A stretch of DNA of 64,000 nucleotides from Lingula anatina (lineage: Eukaryota; Animalia; Brachiopoda), in the NCBI GenBank assembly GCA_051362555.1, contig CM120647.1, forward strand, positions 8,184,001-8,248,000, written 5' to 3'. Below, in pieces: positions 28,026-38,300 of the stretch; position 1 is the first letter of the stretch; the number at the start of each line of letters is the position of its first letter. Below the pieces are notes generated by a model. The model was not told where the DNA came from. It worked only from the letters and a program-made list of their open reading frames with translations, and searched no databases. The position numbers and the translations under genes are program-made.

Positions 28026-31000
28026 ATGCCGGTGGTACTAGCACGGGGGTTGAGGTTCCTCTCGCTAAAGGTGGTCTTCGTCTACGCATTACTCTCCTGC
28101 TCCTTGTTTTATTACTGGCTGGAAACGGGACGTAAGCAAACAGATTGATTTGTGTCCATGACTTTTGTTTCTTTGCATCTTATGCTCTCTCTCTCTCTCT
28201 CTTCGTCTGCGCGCGCGCGCGTGTGCGTGCGTGTGTGTGTACAAGGCCTCGGTGTTGCAGTTTGTTCTTTTTTTCTTTATTATTGATGTTAATAAACATT
28301 TTTTTGGGGGGGAGGGGTAATTAATTAACATTCTTAATGGCTGACAGGCAACATCCCTTCCTACTCTTACCTATCAAAGGCCCCTATGTGTAACCATCTT
28401 TTCTCAAACAATCTATACTACATGTAATTTGGTTTAAGCAATCGTATCGTTATATTTCTAAACATTTCAACAGCTACACTTTCGTTTTAACGAAAAAACA
28501 GTCATGTGTTTTCCAATGACCCTTTGTTTTCCAAACGCGTACTGGTTTTCTTCAAATTAACTATTTACAAAAACCTGACATAAAAAACTTTTTTCAATAC
28601 TTCCAGTGGTTACAAACGACCCTCAAAAAGTGGAGCGACTCTTCGCCCCCCTAGTGGGCATCGGAGAGGAACTAAGCGCACGACAGGTTATAATTCTGAC
28701 CTATCAGAGGAGCGGGAGTTCTTTCACCGGAGAGCTCTTCAACAAAAACGACCATGCTTTTTACCTGTTTGAGCCAATTTGGGGATTCTACAAATCTATG
28801 GAGAAATATGGTTCCCTTACGTATCCGAACGGCACAACAAAGTAAGTGGGTGTTTTCGTCACTTTTTTCTGTCAGAAGTATTTAAACATATATTATGCTA
28901 CTTTAATTTGTGAAATATAAAGTATTTGAACATTAATATGTTAATTCAAATAAAAATTGATATTAGTTGGTTTGCATGACTTTTTTATTTTCATCACTGA
29001 AATTAAGTTATTACTACAAGTATTTTGTCATTATTCCTGTTTTTTTTTTTTTAATAATTTACCAATCAACTAATTTACCTACTTTACCTCATAAATCGGA
29101 TGGAAAACTGAAGTCGATTTCAGATCCTCAGTCGTAGGTGAAATTTCCACAGACAATAAATTTACCAAAGCAGAAATATTTTAAACGTTGCTAAGCAAAT
29201 CATAACTGACAATTACATGGTTGAGGTTACACAAAATACAGTACTTTCAAGAACATATCACAGATAAAAATCTTCGTTTTCAGACCGGCTCCAAAGCATG
29301 GTATCGAGTTTGACGAGACCACCCAGATCGTGGATGACCTCCTGAACTGCCGCATGTTTAATATTCCATTAGATGTGACCGCGCCATACGATATCGTCTT
29401 CCAGTGAGTGTCCAGTCACATTTACTTCTGTCGTTATCTTTCAATAATTATTACGTCACTTGGCTAAATGACGTTGTCTTTCAGCAATTATTACGTCATT
29501 TGGCTACATGACGCTATCTTTCAGTGATTATCACGTCATATGCGTCACGACGTTATCTTTTTATAGTCATGTCGTCGCACGGCCTTATGACGTTATCTTT
29601 CGGTAATTATTACGTCATCCTGTCTTATGACATCAACTGACCGTAATGGTTAGTCACAATGCCTTATCTTCATTAATAATTACGCCATAATGGCTTGTGA
29701 CGCTATCTTTCAGAGCCTCTTTTAAGATAAATAGGTTTTTCACAAAAAAAAAAAAAAAGAAAACGTTTTTCTTTTTCTTTTTTTTTTTTTTTTAATTTTT
29801 AGTCAGTTTTTGGGCGAAAAAACTATTCCAAAAGCTTAGAAACTGAGCCTATTACTATACAGGTTAAAGCTACTAAAGGTCACTGAAAAGACTGAATGAA
29901 AAGAAATTCTACAAAAAATTCCGAAAGTGCATACTTTCACAATGTTTTACGGTAAACTTATCATATGTTTGCGATATTTTGAAAAGCCTATTTAGAAACT
30001 TTATTTTACACCACCAAAGCTGTTTGGAAATTTCAACCTCAAATGACGCATGATGGCGTTTCAAGTCACGACGAATTTTTTACGTTACATCGATATCGAA
30101 ATTAAGTATAGAAATAAAAAATTTAGAAAAGGTAGAAAACTGTCACAATAAACCGAACCCAACTGCCACCAGTTTTACAAAAAATATTCGTATCACTTAG
30201 ACGCGTACTCGTACAATCACTGTCATATGACAAAGCCTGATTAAGAATGATCTAAAAACGTCTTTCTTTTTTGTACTGCAGGATATTCAGAACAGATAAA
30301 GGTAAAGAAATCGTAGTACCCAAGGACAACCACGACTTCCAAGCTGGTCTTGGCAGACACCAGAGACTCAATGACTTCAAGTATTTCGACTGTCTTAAAT
30401 CAAAACGGGGACTGGGAAAGGCGTCATGTTTACCGTTGATGCAGGAAGCGTGCAGAACAGCATCACTAAAGACGCTGAAACTGTTGCGAATCCGTATGAA
30501 CCAAGTGGAGACGCTGATGCAAAAGAATCCACGATTGAAAGTCATTCATTTAGTGCGAGATCCACGGGCTGCTTTAATCTCCCGCCGCAAGGTGGGCGAG
30601 ATGATAGGGAATCTCGAGATGGAGGCCAATATGAGATGTATGGAGATTTTGCGAGATTACAGTACGCGCCAACGTCTAGAGCACGTGTTTCCCAACCGCA
30701 TCATGCAGGTCCGTTACGAAGACCTGGCCGAGTTTCCTACAGAAACGGCTACTGCTATATATGAGTTTTTAGGCTTACCGTTTCCTAAGTCAGTAGAAAA
30801 GTGGCTGTTTAACGCCACTCAGAGTGCGGGCAATGTAACAAAGGGTATCGGAGACTATGGCACCGTGCGCAAAAACTCTACTGCTACTGCACATGCGTGG
30901 ATTCAAAAGATTTCCCCAGCGGATGCATTTCAGATTGACCAAGTATGCTCTGTGATATATCCTCTCCTTGGCTACCGACCATATAAAGAACTGCAGCCAT

Positions 31001-31359
31001 TACGTAACTTGACGGGAGAGTCTTTAAGCAATAACGTGCGGGGCTCGTATGGCTTTTTATACAAACGGCCCAAACCACCGGTCAATATAGACTGGTTTCG
31101 TGAAAACCCGTACCAAAAGCAAGTCCAAAATCAACCGTTCAATCCTCGACCGCCACCCCCGGGTATGGGGTTTTGGCCTCCACCGCCTGGCCCGCCCCAG
31201 GGAGCGCCAGTCCCGCGTGGCGACCCTCGTGCGGCGATGGAGATGTTTCAGCGTCAGAAACAGTGGAAAGCTTTGGCTGATTTTCAGGCAAAATATAGAA
31301 ACGCTCCGCGGAACAATAAACCGCAGATTAATTTTATGAAACATAAATTGAAAGGTTGA
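28026..31359 (+). CDS. Golgi carbohydrate sulfotransferase, CHST1/3/5-like (Gal/GlcNAc-6-O-ST family), about 512 aa (exons 28026-28131, 28607-28841, 29284-29403, 30282-31359)
   Basis: Type II signal anchor MPVVLARGLRFLSLKVVFVYALLSCSLFYYW; 5'-PSB TYQRSGSSFTGE, FYLFEP, 3'-PB HLVRDPRAALISR, VRYEDL; junction phases 1/2/2 consistent. Confidence 0.92.
29430..29715. repeat. Degenerate approximately 40-bp minisatellite in a sulfotransferase intron
   Basis: TGACGTTATCTTTCAGTAATTATTACGTCA-like unit repeated about 7 times. Confidence 0.7.
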
Positions 31360-32375
31360 AGATTTAATAGGGTACACGTAGCTCTGTTATTAAGTGGTAT
31401 TTTCAAGGAACCTGAAGTTTGTTTAATTAACATCTAATGTAGAATGAATGTTTGTTAATTAACATGAATTGCATTCTCTTAGGACATATTTGGACGGAGT
31501 AGCCATCCAACTTGTGTCATCAGACCGTTTAAAGGAGAATTTAAATCTAGTCCTCTCGTCTGAATTCATATTAGTTTGACTTGTTTTAGTACTTTGGTAG
31601 TTATGCGTAACAGTGGGCCATTCTCCGTTCTGCCAAAATTTCCTATTCCTCATAAAGCAAGTGCATTTCTCAGGCGTCACTGTTAAGCAAAATTGCTCAG
31701 TTTACCTTTAAAAGTCATTATATAATTATTGAATTTTTAGGCTTATCTTTTATGTTATAATCATTCTTATTCTTAGTTGCAATTATGTTCAATCTTATGC
31801 TCTAAGCAAATGTCCTATACTTCAACTCATTGTTGAGTTCGGCCAAACAGGGTGTGAAAATGCCTTCTTTGTACCGGTGAAAGTGACCTCTACTCTTGAT
31901 TTTTAATTATATCGAATAATAATTTACTTTTAATAATTTTAATGATTTTTTTTTTTTCAATATGATTTGTTACGAATGAAGCTTATTTTCTGGCTGCAAA
32001 AGGAACTCGTGTGCTTGTTTATTAATAGGATTTTTATGTGAATCAGTTATAATAAATTGAAATAAATGAAATATTTTATATTATTTTTAAAACTGATTAC
32101 GCATTACTTACATGCAGACACATGGTTTCGTAGGCTTAAATTTGTTTAGATGATTAATTACGTCAAAATATCTCAAATAAAAATGCACTCTTTTACAATT
32201 ATGGTTAGGCAACTTTGGAATTGGAATGTGTCCATAAATATGTACTGTAATTTTAAATAACAAATCAAATGGAACACAAAATAATTAAAAATGATACTTT
32301 TTTATATTTATAGTACAGTGATAAGTTGAAGAATAAAAAATATTTTGTGTAACAGAGTTATCTTACTTCGGCTCC

Positions 32376-35300
32376 CTACGTTATTTTATCAGGAACGTCA
32401 ACTGGAGCCCAAGCACCATTGTGGAACTTAGAATACAGGGCTGGGTCCGGTGGTGGAAACATTGTAGATGGTGCCATCTGGCGGATTGCTTCAAGTCTGT
32501 CCAATAGGTGGCGCACTACGCCTGGGTTCTTGTCTGCTACGTCATTGACTTCATACGGATCTTTAGTAATGTTGTAGAGCCATACGTTTTTATTCAAAGA
32601 AACGTTTTGAATGTTGGGGTCCACACCTATAATATCCAATCCAACAGGTTCGCCATCCTCGGTATAGGCCAAGAGAAAAGCTGCAATAACATATTTTGGT
32701 GTAGAGGTTACAATAAAGTAAAAGAAAACAAACGCCGAACATATAATTTTTTTCTAGAAAAACAACTGTGAATAGATAAAATCCACTTTAAATGACAACC
32801 TAACTAACCGAACAATTTAATTGCTACAGAAATGCTATACAGTGATCACTTCTCTTTAAAGATAATGATTCTAAAAAGATTTTATTTGGTGAAATAAAAA
32901 GATTTTAGAAACAATTTAGGGTGAAAGGATATTCGGAAAACAAAGACAAACTCACACGGCAATTTTTGATAAAAGTAAGATAATTTTCATTTGGAAATCA
33001 AACTGACGAGGCGATTTGGACTTAAATGTACAATTAAACAATATAACTTTTTTTAAATTCACATTTTTAAGCACAATTGATGCACTGAATACCAAGAAGT
33101 ATATCAAAGATGGAACAAAAACGAACTCTGTGGCAGGTTGGCATGGTTACCTGGAGTTCCAGTGATGATTTTCCAATCTCCCTGCCGTAAAGAGGCTCTC
33201 AATGATGTGTCAAAGGTGTCGTTGTACAGTCCCTTGCCACGTCTTGGAATAAATGATGGTGGGGACACTAATTCATGGATAATTTCCACTCTCGTTCCGC
33301 GGTGGTCTTTGCTGGAAGGATTTAAGGCTTCGTTCACATGCAATGTCTATTTTCTAAAAATCTATTTTCTATTCGCGATATCTTATGATCACGGTCTGTG
33401 CACTGAATATCCCGCCGCGTAATTACTGGCAGCGCGAGCCAGTTACTTATAGTAACTTTTAGTAACTGGCTCGCGCTGCCAGTAATTACGCCGCGGGATA
33501 TTCAGTGCACAGACCGTGATCATAAGACATACCGAAAATAGAAAATAGAAAATAGACATTGCATGTGAACGAAGCCTAAGTTCAATCAATACCTGTACGT
33601 TGATTTCGCATTTGTATAATACAGAGATTTTGAAAAACAAAAGTATGGGAGATACTTTTTTAATTGAAATGCTGTTCATCAAAGCTTTTTTTCCTTTACT
33701 TTTCCTTCAGTCAGCAAAAACATTTGTGCATAGGTGGTACAAATAACCCGATACCATGTAACACCTAGGACTTCAAAAGCTGCTCCAAACATTTCCCTCA
33801 GCCGACTGCTTAATTTAGGCCTGTATATGTGTAGCATGCTACCCTATCTGTAGATATTGGGGAATTATTTTATTGGTGCTTTTAGGACCAGGATGTAACA
33901 TGTATCACTCGCTGTAGGCAAATTGTAGGCAAATTTTAAGCCAACCAGTATTGCAAGTAACGATATGAATGGTTTTTAGAACAGGAGTTTACGTGTAGGC
34001 CAAGTTGCACGAAAGTCCTGCCATTGCAAATGAAACAGAAATATGGAGCATTCACAACCAGTTGATCCGTTGACTAACTAGATCAACTTGAAAGCAAGCC
34101 ACATAAACGTCTTACAATAACATGATAGAAACCCTTCTAGCAAGGGCAGCTACAGCAATTTTAATTTAAAAATTAAAAAATTTCGGCACATGCTTTCAAG
34201 TACGCGCCATATTTAATCCGCGGACTAGTTAATCCGAGGATCAACTGTGTGTGAATGTCCCATTGTAGTACCTCACCACGTCCCATACATCGAATCCGTC
34301 CATCGCTTCAACCCCTTCCACCTGGACTCCCGCTAAACCGAGCAATGTCGGACACCAGTCTGTGATGGTAATGAGGTCACGAGCGGTTCTTCCCGGTTTC
34401 TGTAGCAGTTTACTCCATACGAAGGCTGGCACTTTTATCCCACCTTCCCAGAGAGATCCCTTGATGCCCCTGTAAGGGCCGTTGTCAGCACCGACGTCTG
34501 GGGCACCGCCATTGTCTGTCAGAGAGAGCATTATTGACAAATAATAGGCAATATCATGGGCGTAACTAGGCATACGCACGGATGCACTGTGCGTACAATT
34601 TTTTGAGCCAATTATGATATTACTCTCTTTAAATTTAGTGTATTTTTCACGAAAAATAATCGAAAATCCTCTTCGATTGCAAGTTAGAGTCACCTGAATG
34701 TACAAATCTGTATGAATCTGTATGAAACGTATACGCACCATTGTTCTGACGCCCCCCGTCTCGTTTGCTTTCAAAGAACTGAGGTAAATAAACAATGCTA
34801 ACTACCTCCAGAAGTCCTATCTTAAAAGTCCATCTAGCTGGAACTTCCTTTACCTCTTAATCGGAGGTTTGAATGCCCTTCAACTCTCAGGTAGCCATTG
34901 TCTTAAGTGTGTCGAATGCACACTCGCTGGCGATATTTATCTCAGATAAAAATCTACCTGTGTTATTTTCAAAGAGCAGCTCCAGCAGACCTGGGGACAC
35001 TAGATAAAATCTGGACAACGGGCTTTATAAGGAGCCAGAGGAAAAAAAATTTCTGCGAAGCTCTAAAGAATTTTGACACGGACTTGACCCAGCTTAACCC
35101 TCTAAACCCTTAACAGGGTGATATGGGCAATTTCCACAAACAAACACAGCTTTATCCTGTAATATAATTGGTTGATTTTGGATGATACTATATATAAGTT
35201 CAATTTTTAGAAGATTCATCATTAAACTGACCATGGATATGACGAATAGGATAGCAAGATCAACTGTTCTTAAGATTATTTTCTGACAACTCGGGATAAC

Positions 35301-38300
35301 CGCAACAAACCACATCGAACAAAGGTGCCTCACCGTTATGTAGAATTTAGCTTAAAACAAGCGGGCATCATTTGCATATGTTCCGAAAGTTTGTGTCAGT
35401 AAGCCCCTAGTTCAATAAATATACCATTCTAAGGCTTTTCCCAGCGAGCCGTCCAGCTGCCAATTGGACGGCCGCTGTCATCACGGCCGTCTTACGATTA
35501 AAAAAGTCTTGACTTGTCGGGGCAGCTGTGGACGTCGTATGAAAATCCACTGCAATAATTTGACGTATGAATATTATATTACTTTGTAGTGCACGCTGTT
35601 TTTCAGTCACGACGTAACTACTACCTAAAGCTAACAAAACACAATAAAATGTTTCCACTAATTTTAAAATACAAAATTCAGAATTGACAAGAATGAACTA
35701 CATTCGGTACAAAACACGTGTAGGCCCTAAATGAAATATGACCTAACTTGCCGCCAAATTATGAAAGGGGACACCTTTCGGAACTTTATACGTATGGCAC
35801 CTGACAATGCTAATACATAAGAAAGGCAATTTTTATATCTTCGGCGAGAGATTGTTCGCAATCCGAAAGAGACGAGAAGGCAATTTTCATATTTGTTCAA
35901 GAGACTTCGTTAACCGAGGATCGGGAACAAGAGATAGTTACCGACCGCAGTTAGACGACAAGCCAATTTTCGTATCTTCAGCGAGAGATAGAGCGTGATC
36001 TGAGCGAAAAGAGAAAGCAATTTTCACATTCGTTCAATGGACTTCGTTCGCAGAAGATCGTCAGCCAGAGATCGTTCGCGATCCGAGCGAGACGAGAAGG
36101 CAATTTTTATATTCATACAAGGGCGTTCTTTCGTGGAAGAGCGTGACGGGAGATCGGTATCAATTATTTTCAACCCTCTTTCCCAATGAAATTTATTATT
36201 AAAAAAAATTCCATTAATTTTTACCCCACCCCCATCCCCGCGCACGGCTTTTGAGGCCCTGAAGTTTGAGGCCCTGAAATTTTGAAGTAAGATACAGATG
36301 GCAATTATGGATGGCCTGTACCCCAATCCCGGAAAAGGTGTTGGTTCTGGAAGAAATAATTTACTGGAACTTAATTATACTGTGGGAATATTTTAAACTT
36401 TAAGTAATGATTTTATAAACGGTGAAAACTAAGCTATTATATTTGGCACATATAATTTAAAGGGTTTGCTTCATGCCGTCAGAATGGCCTGAACGGAACA
36501 TATTCTTCAGAAAACATGCCCAGCTAACGATATCTTTATCCAAATACACAAATTAAAAGCTCATTTTGTAAATTTTTGGCTTTAAAAAACGTCCTATTTG
36601 CTCGGCCTGAGAGTTAATGAGCTACGTTGTCACGTGGTCTGATGACGACAATCGAGCCACTGGAGAATAGAGCGTGCTTAGCTGCTAAACTGAGCTGCAT
36701 TGTCTACCTGTAAGATTACTTCTCTGGCTTCTGATAAAAGTTTATACTCATTCAAATCTCTTACCCGAGGGGTCTAAATCCTCGTGAAGCTGTGTAAAAC
36801 CATTTCCCGTCTAGTCAATTCTTTAACAAGCATTTAATCATGGTTATCCCAAGTTGTATAAAACACTGCATTTGAATGAGTTAAGGGAAATGTTGATTAT
36901 TGCATATGAGGTCCATGTTATTTGTGAAATTCAATTTTATTAAACCGCTGACACTCCGTCTTGCATACTTTTATTAAACTGAGGTAAACAATGCCCGTTA
37001 CCTTTACAAGTCCTATCTTAATCATCCATCTAACTGGAACTTCCTTTACCTCTTAATTAGAGGGTTAAATGGCATTCAATTTTGTCTTGCTTGTATCGAA
37101 CGCACTCTCTATCTAAGCTTTACTCCAGTTATCTCAGGTAAAAATCTTCCTGTGCGTTAGTTACAAAGAGCAGCTCCCGTAGACCTGGGGGTACTAGATA
37201 AAATCTGAACACCAGGTTTATCGAGGAGCTAGAGAAAGAAAGGAAGAAATTTTCCTGCACAACTTCATAGGAATTTTATGTCTCCTTGATCTAAAGGTTC
37301 AATACGATGCCGAGAAAGGAGCAATAAAGTGACAAACACAAGTATGATGTTCGAAACTTGGCCGATGCCGGCCGCTTTTATTGTGAATCCTTATACTAAA
37401 ATGAATTAAATTTTGATGTTAAAATTAATTAATTGTGACAGTGCCAAAATACGTAATTTTTTACGCCTGAAAAGACTATTTTATATATAATTCCCAAAGA
37501 ACATAGTGCAGACGTTTTAATTTGTGGGGTTGCAAAGAGGCCGAAAAGAAGCCGATAGTGAAGCCCGAAACAAGTTGCTTTCTTAAATCAGAAGGATAAC
37601 CAGAAAGATATTTATTGAGTTTGTTGGGGTCTACTGGGGTTTTTAGGACCCTGGGGGGTAGATGGTGAGTTTCTGTTGGCCCGTGAGGGGTAGGAGGGGC
37701 GGGCAGCTGCTCTATTCTCCGATCTGGGACACTGGGACGCTGGATGGGTACCCCCTGAGCATCTGAAACATTTGTGGTCGTACGTGCAATCCCCCCTACA
37801 GTGGTTTCCGGAGTGAAATTTGTAGCAGACCCCTTGGGGAAATTTACGAAATGGCTGCCTAGATGTGAATGACCCCCTTGGGCGAAATTGCTGGACATTG
37901 TTATTTGGGCGAGAATTGAGAAGAGCCCTGTTCCAAAGATCCCAATTAGTATCCTCCCAAGGGTCACCAGACCTTTCTTTGTTAGCCCTGAAGTTGCGGT
38001 CATAAGCTAACCAGTCCCCCCTTAGCCCTGCTAAGACCCTGATGTCTTCAGCGTATTTAAGTAAATTGGGCGCCTCCTGGGGGTGTTTAAGGGTGTACAC
38101 TGACATGAAAGTATGAAAGGCCGTTGTCCATTGGGACATGGAGGTGATCTGAGGCCTTCTACCCTGGGAGACTACCAGTGTGATTTTACCGTGGTTGTTT
38201 TCCATGGCCAATGGGAGGGGGTCGCCGGGTTGGGGCAATTGCGCTGACTGGTCTTGGAGGAGTAGTGACATGTCGACAAACTCGTTCCCCCAAATTCGAT

